A DNA stretch of 63,119 nt, counting the filler, from Hausera hauseri (lineage: Eukaryota), in NCBI GenBank assembly GCA_046269625.1. It is 10 parts of 10 records of this genome, joined end to end, with 100 filler letters (N's around TTAATTAATTAA, not from the genome) between each part and the next. Parts side by side here need not be neighbours in the genome. Positions count along the whole stretch, not along the records: positions 35,327 to 39,542 come from JBJURY010695326.1; positions 39,643 to 47,929 come from JBJURY010703215.1; 8 more parts are not named here. One strand, written 5' to 3'. The notes beneath the pieces are model-generated. The model saw only the letters and a list, made by a program, of their open reading frames with translations. It was not told where the DNA came from and ran no database searches. The position numbers were made by a program, and so were the translations under genes. Below, piece after piece: positions 36,546 through 48,029 of the stretch (the first letter of the stretch is position 1; every line of letters starts with the position of its first letter).

Positions 36546-39542
36546 TATTCCAAACGCGAATGTCCGTACGCCCAACTCTTATTCCGCCCAACTCACGTTT
36601 ATCATCATTGCATGATAAAGCGACTTTTTATTCGTTACCGTATACAGCTGATGCTCAGTCGATCTGATGATCGTTTGTGACACAACAGCCTGTGATTATC
36701 CTCCTCCTTCTTCTTCATAGATACGACGATAATCACAGTGGTCGAATTCTGTCTGTCCCAGCTGGACTCATTTTGTCTGCATTTTTAGTCAACAGTCCGT
36801 CAGAAGACTGCAGCACTTTGGACGTAAATATATTCATTTCTTGTATTGAATCCGGCCTTCATTTTCGTCCTTGAAGCAGCCGATTTTGTTTGTTATCGCG
36901 TTGCTGTACAGAGGATGGTTTTGCGAGTAGTTGGATATGTCCAGTATTCTATCTGACATTATTTGTCGGAGCAGCTGGTCTTGATTTATGTTTTTCAGCT
37001 CAAGGAAAAAGCTGCCTGTGTCACCGGCAACGATACTGATCTCACAACCGTCGAACATCTGCCGGTAACGTGCTAAGTCGGGATACTGGAACTCGTACAT
37101 TCGCAACTTGCTTATGTCCAATACCACTTGTCTGACGTAACTTGGCCGGTCCAAAACGACTTTTTCCCGGTTTAACAGCATAGCAACCAATCCATCGGCC
37201 ATGTACATTGACCACGGAAACTGCACTACACGCGTGTACGTCACCAACCGCTCTTTGCTATTGGTTAAATGGTGCGACGGGTAAATCGTCCAAAACGTCA
37301 TGCAGCTTATCTGGTACCACAAGATCGACCTCCATCAGGTATCCGACTGAGCCTGTCATGTCTGCTCGTGGTAGGTTAACCACTATTTCGTCCAGGTCTT
37401 GTCTGTCGACTATCCATTCGAATAAACTGTACGGCAAGGGTTGCGAAAACGCCCAGCCATACAGGTTATTAATATCAATATACAACAGTGATGTGGTATC
37501 GGCGGTAGCACTGACCTGACGCTTGTTGACAAATGTCATGCCGTCGCGAATACCAACATTAAACAGCCGGTACATTTCCGGGTCTTGCAGCAGCTCAATG
37601 TCTCGTTCCAGTAACATTAGAACTGACGCCCAACTCATTCCCGGTATGGAATAAAAGTTGAGTGGCTCCAGCCTATCTTCAGCCAACGCTTTTGGGCGAA
37701 GCGCTTAGTACATATCGGCTGACAGGTACACATCCAGTTTAAGATACTGAAGCATGTTCTCTAACAGGTTTATACAGCCGAGCTCTGCCCAAAACGATTG
37801 TGCTTTGTGATAATCTTCTGTGATACCGGGCCATTGCCGTGGTAATTCGTCTGTCGTCTGGAGCCGCTCGTACAATATCGCAAAGTCATATGGGAATATG
37901 ACTTTGCTATGTGCAACATGTGTGGGGAATTGAATCAATGTTAGCGGCACATCTTGCGAGGCATTCACCAGCTTTGCCAGAAATTCATTGAAAAATTGCA
38001 ATGAATCGAGGAACCTTACCTGGAACCGGTTTATATCAGCAAACAGTGACAGGTATTTCTTCACCGTAGTCGGAATTATGGACAGTTCTTAGTGAGGAAA
38101 TCCATTTATGTCCCATTTTAGAATATGGTGGCAGTCATAACCTCGGAAATTATGAAAGATCACCGGTAGGAATGGCCGTATGCACCTTGCCATAGTGCAT
38201 GAATTACATGCAGCGCCTAAGTGTTAACCCGTAAAATAATCTTGATTTGATACGATCCGTTCCTATGCATTAAACGATAATATTTTGTGGTAGAGGTAGC
38301 ATTCATCGGTGGTTGCAAACATCAGTGGTTTGTATTCGTCTGCCCAGATTAGTGGCTTAGTGGAATTATTGCGATACCACGGTGCAATTTCCATTTTTAC
38401 AATTGTTTCGAACTGATATAAGAAATCACGTACACAGTTCCAACTGTGAAACGCATAAAACTGTTGTTGACCAATGGCCTTTATTGGAACAACCAGCATA
38501 CCGTCGGCGATTGTTATGTATTTTTGGTCGTAGATGTTGTGCCACGGTAGAATTGCCTCGATATTGACATACACTACATATGCCGGACTGTCCGTTTTTG
38601 ACAAATCAGTGAATTTTAGCTCCTTTTTGACGAGCATGACATACATTGTTGTTCCTGATGCATTTTGTCAGCACAGCGCCACATGCTTTTCCCATGTCGC
38701 TTCTAATCTGAATCCATGCAAACACAGCGGACACCATTTACATCTTATTTGATTCTGGATGAACATGTCATGCGCCATATTAAGCAGTCTGTCCAGATTT
38801 GTCACTGATACGTAATGAAATCGGTCATTCTGTTCCAACAGTAACAAATTTACTGGTCGTCCATTCGGGTTTCGACTGCGATAGATTATGTTCACATGAG
38901 GGTTTTTGTAAATATCTTAGTCTGCGGGTATTTCCAGTGTTGTGTTGTACCGGAAAACATTGATTGAAAGCGTCAGATTACGCAGTTCAAATGTCGGCAT
39001 GGATTTCAATTTCATTGGCATCCAGCTTTTATTGTAATCGAATTCTGAGAAATACTCCAGATATAGAGTTGGACGACTCGCATTATGTCTGGCCACTTCA
39101 TCATATTTTAATACCGCCAGAATACTGTAAAGAAAACAGTATTTATCGTCCGTATTTTGCACATTCACTACAGCACAAGACTGTCGTAAAGCTGCAAGTG
39201 TCGGTATGAATGATCGGCCAGATAAATAAATCACATCACTCGACTTTGTTATAATAAAGCCGAGTGTGACAATTTTCATAATTCGCCATCCACTACCCTT
39301 TTCCGTGTAGTTGGTGATTTTCTCATCGAGCTTTTCGCCAATGTCCGCAATAAAATCTTCTGAATAAGGTACAGCTCGATGTGACAGGTACCATTGTTTC
39401 TTGTCGCCCTGTACATTTTCGAATTCTGCAAATGCGTAATACTGCACTTTGCAGTGTTTGAATTTCTGCACTTCAGCTTGCAATCGGTTTCGCACACTGG
39501 ACGAGATATGACTCAATTGCGTTTTTGTGTTCGCGGACATGC
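36546..39542 (-). pseudogene. Second decayed Polinton-type pPolB
   Basis: NVQNTDDKYCFLYSIL, FHYV, IFHNFRGYD, FLDSLQF, YLKLDV, YIDINNLYGWAF, AGDTGS, FKDE, AYGH. Confidence 0.9.
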
Positions 39543-39642
39543 NNNNNNNNNNNNNNNNNNNNNNNNNNNNNNNNNNNNNNNNNNNNTTAATTAATTAANN
39601 NNNNNNNNNNNNNNNNNNNNNNNNNNNNNNNNNNNNNNNNNN
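39543..39642. other. Artificial contig spacer
   Basis: Ns plus TTAATTAATTAA. Confidence 0.99.
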
Positions 39643-40072
39643 TTAAAATAAAATTAATCAAATTAATGATTAGAAACATCCAATATAAATTAAATTAAAT
39701 ATAAAACCAGGATAAAATTAAGATTATATGTACACAGTAATATAAAAGAAGCCCATAGTGCTCTTACAAAGATCTTAATAAGATCGAAATATCAGCTTTT
39801 GCAACATTATTGTCCTCAAAAGATATATCACTTTATATTATATTATTAAATATTGCTTCAAAAGAATTTTCGTATTCTGAATCATTTTTCCAAATAATGA
39901 CAATTTCATGATGTTTTTATAGTTTTATAAATATGTGCGTGTGTGGCTGTAATTTCTTTGGCTGTCATTTCATTGGGAGAAAAGTAGTATAAATAAAATA
40001 TTTGTTACTTAAAAATATATTTTAATATGTTATATATTTTTCTTTGTTTTTTTCTTACTTCACATTATAGAT

Positions 40073-43000
40073 TTGCAGTACAATGGATCACAGTTTTTCA
40101 TATGTCCATCATGCGAAATATTATCAGATGAAAATTTCAATGAATTTCAAAATCGACATGGACATCACCTAACATTGTTTAAAAAACCTAAAAAGGCAAT
40201 ACTCGAAGAACATAGTGAAATGATTAACAAACAATTTGTGGCAGATCAACAAATACCAACAACATCAACTCATCAACAACAACCAGTTAAACGAAAATTG
40301 AAAAGAAATTTAAGTGAGAATGCAAATAAGAAACAGAGACATTCTGTAAGTAAAGACCCTGTACAAAAAATAAGACTCGATGTACAATGTGTTATCAACG
40401 ATAATTATGTTAATCTTTGTTTTGATGTCGCGCCCGACCAACTCATTTCGACCACACCTCCTGAGAAAATTCTGACTATATTTCATATGTACACATCCCG
40501 ATTTTCATCTTGTAAGGTTCAGTACGGTCTGGAAATTATGTTTCCTAATTCTGAATGTGACTTTAAGGAAGCATACATTCCACATCAAGCCGTGCCTTAT
40601 GAGCAAGTTTATCTCCAATCGTAGCCGATAGTTTATGTAAACAAGTTGAGAATTTTGATGAAATGGGTAGTGGATGGAAGATAGGTAAGATTCTAAAATA
40701 CTGCTTTCACATAGTGAAAACAAGCCCACTACCCTACTTATCCGGATGATCATATCCTTCAACACCGGAAAGCTTTGAATAATGCAAAGGCCGTTGTTAA
40801 TGTACAGAATGAAGACAATTTGTGTTTTTTATATTCAATTCTGGCAGTGACCCAGTATTCTTCTATCGACCATAATAGATTTAGAGTTAACAATTACACT
40901 CCTTACTTAGGGGAATTGAAATATGTCTTGGAACATATGCCAATGAAAATATGCAACATAGGCAAATTTGAGAAGAAGAATCCTCAGTTGTCAATTAATG
41001 TTTTTCTGTTTTATGAGGAGGATGATGTGGATTTTCATAGTTAAAATTTTAAAGTACTGCTTTAGTACAGTGAGAACAAGTCCCCTACCTTATTTATCTG
41101 GACAGTCGTATCTACCAACACATAAATCTTTACGAAATTCAACGGTCATTCTTAATGTACGGAATTAGGACAATTTGTGTTTCCTGTACTCTATCCTTGC
41201 TTTGACTAAGTACTCTTATATTGACTGCAGTAGATGTGGAGTAAATACCTATGCTTCTTATTTAAATGAACTGAAATATTCTTTGGTTTATATGCCCATA
41301 AAGATATGTAACATTGGGAAACTTGAGAGGCAGAATCCACAACTTTCCATAATTGTCTTTTTCTTTCGCGATGTAGATATTGTAGATTTTGAAGAGTACA
41401 TGGTGGAAAATCCATTTATTGATATTTTGTATCGAAGCAAAAACCCGATTGGTTCTGTAGTGAACTTTTTGCTTTTAGAAAATGAGAATAAACTTCACTA
41501 TGTGGCTGGTTCCAGTCTTAAACGATTGTTAAATATTCACAGCAAGAAAATATGGATTCAATGTAAACACTGGTGTGAGAAATGTTTGCATGGCTTCAGG
41601 TATAATACTTCTTACTTTAAGCATCTACCAGTCTGTATGCCTTTATCCAAATGCACTACTTTATGCAAAATGCCTGAAAATAAGTTTTGCAAATTTAAGA
41701 ACTGGGCCAAATCAATAAGTCCTCTATTTGTTATATGTGCAGACTTTGAGTCTGTTCTGTGTCTTGACGATAAGGTAAAGCATATTCATTTGCCTGCTGC
41801 AGCCGGTCTTTTATTAGTGTCTCTTTCAGATATTCAATATAGACAGCTTTTTGGTGAAATTTCTATAGTTGAGTTTCTGGCTTATTTAGAGGAAATAGTC
41901 TAAACTGTAGTTTATTCATGGTATGAAAATGCAAAAAAGCTATGATCCCGTTAACGTCTGCTGAATGGTGCTTGTTTAAAAATGCCATAGCATGTTGTCT
42001 TTGTCATGAAAATGGTTCTAAATTTGTTCGTGATCACTGTCATGTCACAGGAAATTTCGTGGATCAGGCTTCCAGTACATGTAATTTGGCTCGACAAATT
42101 AGGTACAACTTACCGGTTATTTTTCACAATTTGCGTGGATATGATCTTCATTTTATTTTAAAACACGCACTAAGTAAATTTAATACTTGGGAATTAAGGA
42201 CCATTACACAATCAACAGAAAAGTTCCTAACTATACAGGCAATGATACGATGTTCAGGTAAAAAGTCACTTTCCATTCGATTTCAAACTCCTTGTAGTTT
42301 TTACTGGCTTCACTTAAGACTTTATCTGCCAACTGAGACAGTTATCCATTCACTGAAAGGGCTTTCTCGTCTGACATTATTAATGGAAAAGGCACTTTCC
42401 CGTAAACTGCAGCCAAATCATTCTCCCACTTGCAGTCTATTTCTCAGTTACCATCAAAATGGGATTGGAGTTAGTCATAGGCGCAGCTTACCTGGTTAAG
42501 ATATAGGTGTAGCAATCTTTTGGATTATATGATAATATACATGAAACTAGACGTATACTTGTTAGGTGATATTTTGGAAAGATTTAGAAAGGAAGTAAAA
42601 TTGCAGTATGGCTTAGAAGCAGTTAATTTCGTGTCCATTCCAGGTTTGTCTTGGGCAACAGCATTGAAATCGAGCCCTTGTAAAATTGAACTTATTCAAG
42701 ATCCTGAAATGTATACTTTCTTCCAATCAGGTATTCGGGATGGTATGACATTTGTAAATAAGCATAGGATTACCACTGATGAAAGCACCAATCTCTTGTA
42801 TATAGATGTAAATAATTTCTACGGCTGGGCTTTATCGCAACCTTTACCATTTGCGAATTTTACTTGAATCTATGATGAGCATAAATTAGATAATCTGATT
42901 GAACAATTGCCTTTTACTGACAATGTTGGGAAAAAACGAGGTCTCGTCTTTGAAGTCGATTTATCCATTCCATCTGACAAGCATGGTAAATTGGATCAGC

Positions 43001-43980
43001 TGCCTTTAGCTTCGATTAATCAATACCATCCTGGTTCGAGAGTTAAGAAATTGTTGTTGACACATTAGCATAAGTTCAACTATATTATTCATTATCGGCT
43101 CTTACATCTGTACATCGAGTTAGGTGCTGCAGTTGAAAATGTACATCGAGCCGTTGAGTTTGATCTGGGATGTCTTTAAGGATTACATCGACTTACATAC
43201 TGCTAAGAGGGCTGCAGCGCGAAATGTTTTTGAAAAGGACTTCTTTTAATTGAGGAATAATAGCCTGTATGGTAAAACTGTTGGAAACCTGTTGAAAAGG
43301 TCCAACTTAAGTTTGTGTAATAATGCTAAAAAGTTTGTTACATATGCTAGTAAGGCGCAGTTTAAGAAAAGCATTATAATTGCAGATGATCTAGTTGCCG
43401 TTCTCCTCGATAAAGATATGGTTACCTTAGATAGGCCCTCATACATCGGTCAGGCTGTACTTGATCTTTCCCACTTGCAGATATATGAGCTGAATTGCAT
43501 CGAGTTGGAGAAATATCGTCACCAATTTAATTGTGAGTTATATATTGTGGCGGGTGACACTGACATCTTTTTCCTTGAGTGTTGTGGATTTGATCTATGG
43601 TCTCGGCAATTACCAGCAGTGATAGCCAATGAACAGTTGGATACTTCTAACTACGACGCTACAGACCCTCTTTATTCGACTCGTTTCGCGTCTGTCATAG
43701 AAAAATTTAAGGACGAGAGTAAGGGTAGTGTTGAATATCAAGAAGCAGACCCGTCCTTAAATGTAAGGGCATAAACCTGAAACAGACAGACCTACAGTTC
43801 ACCAACTACCTATTGTCATACAAAAATGGATGTGCGACAATTGCTGGTCAAGAACAGATTGGGACTAAGAACCATCAACTGATGACAGTCAGTACAGGAA
43901 AGAAAGCCTTGGACTCTTTTGATGATAAGCAACACTGGATATGAAAAAACAAAAGTCTTTTATGGACATTATTGTATTTT
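40073..43980 (+). pseudogene. Third decayed Polinton-type pPolB, with an N-terminal CxxC..H finger and a duplicated OTU-like segment
   Basis: CPSC..HGHH; NVQNEDNLCFLYSIL-type motif twice; ICADFES, RDHCHVTG, FHNLRGYD, YMKLDV, YIDVNNFYGWAL, NNSLYGKT, AGDTDI, FKDE. Confidence 0.9.
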
Positions 43981-44602
43981 ATTTGTATGTACTTCAATTA
44001 CATACCACCAAATAATCACATATTAGGAAAACTGCGAATGTGAGAAAAGCAATTTAGCAAAATTAAAACAAAAAAATTTTTGGCGCGAAAATACAAATGT
44101 TTAAACGCTTAGAATCCATACAGTACGCCTGATTATGTGCATCCCCTTAGTGACTGTCTCCTATCTCCGCCCTATTAACAGTATGTGTATCATTTTTTCT
44201 ACCCAATGACTCATTTGCGAACCACATCTTTTTTCCTTTCGGCGCGGGGGGTCTGATCTCATGAACTCCTTTCCTACTACTGATACAATTATGTATTTGT
44301 CATCTAACACTGGTTATCGTCTAGTAGAAAACCTTAGAGAAAAGTATTTGTTGTCATTTATGGCTCAAACCTAATACATGACTAATGGTAAAAATTAGGA
44401 ATTTGGTGACAATACAAACGCAAAATGTTATGATATGAAATGACATTTAGAAAATTTTAATTTTTTTGTAAGATGTAAGGAAGATGAAAATTGAATTTGT
44501 GGCAGAACAATCAAATGAAAAAATAAACAACATAAACATATTTTATGGTATTCAAACCATTCTAATTTCTACTTTCTGTAGTTTTTCATTGTACTATTCA
44601 AT

Positions 44603-45742
44603 TTATGATGGAGACTGAACAACGCCCACCGGCTGCTGCTGTGTTACACAATGAATCATTCCACCCAGTGAGAACAAGTAGCGAGAATCGATCCCAACGA
44701 CTTCTCGAGTCGGATATAATTGCTGAATGATATTGTTGGCAATCGCGTCATTTGGGTCACTGTAGTTAGGAACAAGCACCTTTGTGTTACCAATGTAGTA
44801 ATTCGCATATGACCCTTTATATTTCAGACTTTTTCCATTACGCAATTTGACCTTCGTACTTGTCAGTGGTACTGTGACTATATCATACTTCACTCCAGCA
44901 GCATTTTTGGAATTATACAATTGCGATATATCACTTGTCGATACGCCCCATTCATACTCTAAATCACGTTTTGACATTGTCAGAATTGTTGTCGAATTAA
45001 TAAATCGCACGAATCCATCAATATGCATATCTGTTATATCTTTACCTGCCACACCATGCAACCATATCATATTTGTAATGCCGTAGTACTGGGTCATATA
45101 ACTCGCGAACTGTTCTGCCGTCATTATTGGATTCCTGTTTTTATTGATTGTAGAGCTCTTTGTTGCCATCATTGTTCCGTGTCCATCGGCTTCAACAGCG
45201 CCACCTTCAGTTATAATTTCACTTGATAAATCTATGAGCTTTACATTTTTAAGTTTAGCCACATTCAGAGCTACAAGTGCATCATTCGTATAAGGTGCCT
45301 TTTGTCCCCATCCGTTGAATCCGTAACGTATCGCAACAAACTTCCCATTTCTACCTTTTGCGAATATTGGTGCAGTATCCCTGGCCCATACATCGTTGGT
45401 TTTCATAATGTTGAAATCAACCCTTTTTAACGGGACTCCGGCAGTATTCAGAAGGTCGGTAATGCGCTTTTGTTCATCATCATCATATGCAACTATATGG
45501 ACATTCTCACCGTCAACAAGAGCGCGAGTCATTGCAACCCAGGAGGGATCAAGTTCATTACGAAACATTTTCCCGTAAGTATATTCATGTGGCCAAATTA
45601 ACCATGTACCCTCATGTGGCTCGGCTTCATTAGGGAATCTATATAGAATATTTTCAATTTGGGCGTTGACACCTTTGAGATACATTGTCACTGACAGCAG
45701 CAGTGTAAGATAAAGCACAAATGCTGAAACTTTCATCATCAT
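44603..45742 (-). CDS. aguA: Secreted agmatine deiminase / peptidylarginine-deiminase family protein (intact)
   Basis: HEGTWLIWPH, NDVWARD, EGGA, NRNP, DMHIDG, SYANY, GGMIHCVTQQQP with catalytic D/H/D/C present. Signal peptide MMMKVSAFVLYLTLLLSVTMYLKGVNA. First ATG is at 45742; the track's 45766 is a TTG. Confidence 0.93.
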   Translation of the reverse strand: MMMKVSAFVLYLTLLLSVTMYLKGVNAQIENILYRFPNEAEPHEGTWLIWPHEYTYGKMFRNELDPSWVAMTRALVDGENVHIVAYDDDEQKRITDLLNTAGVPLKRVDFNIMKTNDVWARDTAPIFAKGRNGKFVAIRYGFNGWGQKAPYTNDALVALNVAKLKNVKLIDLSSEIITEGGAVEADGHGTMMATKSSTINKNRNPIMTAEQFASYMTQYYGITNMIWLHGVAGKDITDMHIDGFVRFINSTTILTMSKRDLEYEWGVSTSDISQLYNSKNAAGVKYDIVTVPLTSTKVKLRNGKSLKYKGSYANYYIGNTKVLVPNYSDPNDAIANNIIQQLYPTREVVGIDSRYLFSLGGMIHCVTQQQPVGVVQSPS

Positions 45743-46599
45743 CGATATAGGTTCAATTCTATACAAAATTGATGAAAAAGTACATTAAACAAGATACTTT
45801 ACTTAGTTGATAATTTAGATACTGTTCGCCTTTATATGTAATATTTATAGCCCTAGTTAAACAGACCGTGTATGAATTGAAATTTAAATAAAACACCTGT
45901 ATATATAGTTGTTTAGTATTGTGCGTATAATGCTTGATTGGCCAAAGACATGCAATATTTGCATTCAAAATGAACTATTTGTCAATATGGAATCACGAAT
46001 GTTTTAAATAGCTGATCGCAATTATTCGCTACTTAACAATCCTACTCTTTTCCTTATGCAATTAACTTTGACGCCTGAAATCCCAACCATTCAAATAAGT
46101 CACAGAGACACATTCTCGTCACATTGTTGATTTCTGTTCACAATGTTGTATTTAACAGAAGTGTCGTTGAACTAAGATCCTTTGAAAGTTTAATTATGTA
46201 TCCTTTTAGTCAATAAAACATGATTATTTTTGTATTCAAACCTAATTTCAAGTGGTAATTATTGATAGTTTCACATACTTCTTCAGGTTGACAAAATGTA
46301 TTGATTAGAAAATCGATATGAACTGAGTAAATGATGAATCAGTCACCAAGTTACAGACTTAATCAATCTTCTATGGTTATGACATTTAATAAACTAGCAA
46401 GAAAATGAAAATATGTTGAATATTTTATTTATGGTGAAATTTAGGACGTTTTGCATTATTTAAGTTTTCTACACATACTTCAAAAAGACATCACATTCTT
46501 CTAGAAAATGTGATTTATCTCTAACATGTTTAACTTCCGGCCTTGAAGCAACAAAAGGAGGAAGGCATCATCAAAATTATACTACCATATTGATACAGA

Positions 46600-47010
46600 G
46601 GTCTATTTGTGAAGCGTAAAACACAGTATGTATACGTACATCAGATGTGGATAGACATGATAAAAGCTGCGAAACCAAGCAAGCCATTTGCGGCTGAAGA
46701 GATGACAGCTTCTGATGTTTTTATTTTCAAGCCTTTAATAAATCTTTTTTGCAACCGAAAGACGACAACTGATGGTCAGGTTTTTATTTCCAGAAATTCA
46801 GCTTCAACCTGCTTTTATGAAGTATAAGTACAATCACAGGATAGAAAACAATTTTCCAGTCAATTTAAACAAACGTGGTAGATTTCCTAATCAGAATGAA
46901 GTTACTTTGCTCCTAAAATATCCAAATGGTCGAACAGTCAAGCAATCAAAGGTTAATAATTTGCAGTGAATGATGCCATTCATATCACCAGTTTATCATT
47001 CTTACTATTA
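46600..47010 (+). pseudogene. C-terminal remnant of a DNA-transposon transposase (Sola-like)
   Basis: VYVHQMWIDMIKAAKPSKPF..EMT..D..F, YKYNH, KVNNLQ*MMPFISPVYHSYY pattern. Confidence 0.5.
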
Positions 47011-47929
47011 GGCCATCATTAGTCATGGTACAGCAAATTTGGGAGCTATTGAGGATCTGTAGAACTAGACGAAGTTTATAGGAAGTCTTATAATCATGTT
47101 AATCATGATTCGAACTGCTGTAATAAATCTAATAGTATCTATAACTTAATGTATAATGTACTTATTTTCTCAAATGAATCCATGATTATAATAATAAAAA
47201 ATTAATTATATTTTATCATATTTTTTAGTTAACCGATCCGCCAGCAAGCTGTAGATTTGCACGAAGATTTTAAACATATTATTACATTGTGGTACAGTAA
47301 TAGATTTTTATTTTTTGTCTATTGCGCACAAAATGAAATTACGCTAATTTGCATTTTCCCAAAAATTTACTAACAGTAATATAGGCCGTTATTGCCGAGA
47401 GACATTCAGTTATGTGAAGGTTTAACAAAATCTCACAACATGAAATATGGATACTGAATATGTGTCATTTGTGTAATAAATATTAATGTTGTATTGTGGT
47501 GTTCTCTTTCGGTAGTTTCATTAAATTCATCAACATAAGTCATACAAAGTAATCCATTTATATCATGCAAATGGAATAAAAATGCAAAGTAAACAAATGA
47601 CAATATATTTTCTATTACATTTTTAAAAATACCATGTATTCCAAGATTTTCAAACATGTGATTACAACTTTACCTGTGTGGAAAAAATTGATTTACAATG
47701 GATCAAAATTTGTTAGTCTGGGATAAATTTGTTGTCATTCTGTTGAAATTTTTTCAAAATATTATAACATTGACTTTGTTTATATCCGCTTCCTTAACTA
47801 ATATGTTTATGTAGCAGTGATAACCATCCCCTCCCTCCCTAACTCCGCCAATATATAAGTCATTGTTTTATAATTTTTGTGAACCATAATGTTAACAAAC
47901 ATTAATTACAAAGGATATACCAAAGAGAA

Positions 47930-48029
47930 NNNNNNNNNNNNNNNNNNNNNNNNNNNNNNNNNNNNNNNNNNNNTTAATTAATTAANNNNNNNNNNNNNNN
48001 NNNNNNNNNNNNNNNNNNNNNNNNNNNNN
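47930..48029. other. Artificial contig spacer
   Basis: Ns plus TTAATTAATTAA. Confidence 0.99.

Noticed and set aside
8880-43980. Stop-codon reassignment or systematic sequencing error explaining the broken ORFs
   Set aside because: All three stop types and frameshifts occur, while the 5.6-kb ORF and aguA are clean under the standard code. Neutral decay fits better, though micro-introns cannot be fully excluded.
30880-43980. Active or complete DNA virus genome
   Set aside because: All three pPolB genes are heavily disrupted and lie on separate contigs. No capsid, packaging ATPase or integrase is seen.
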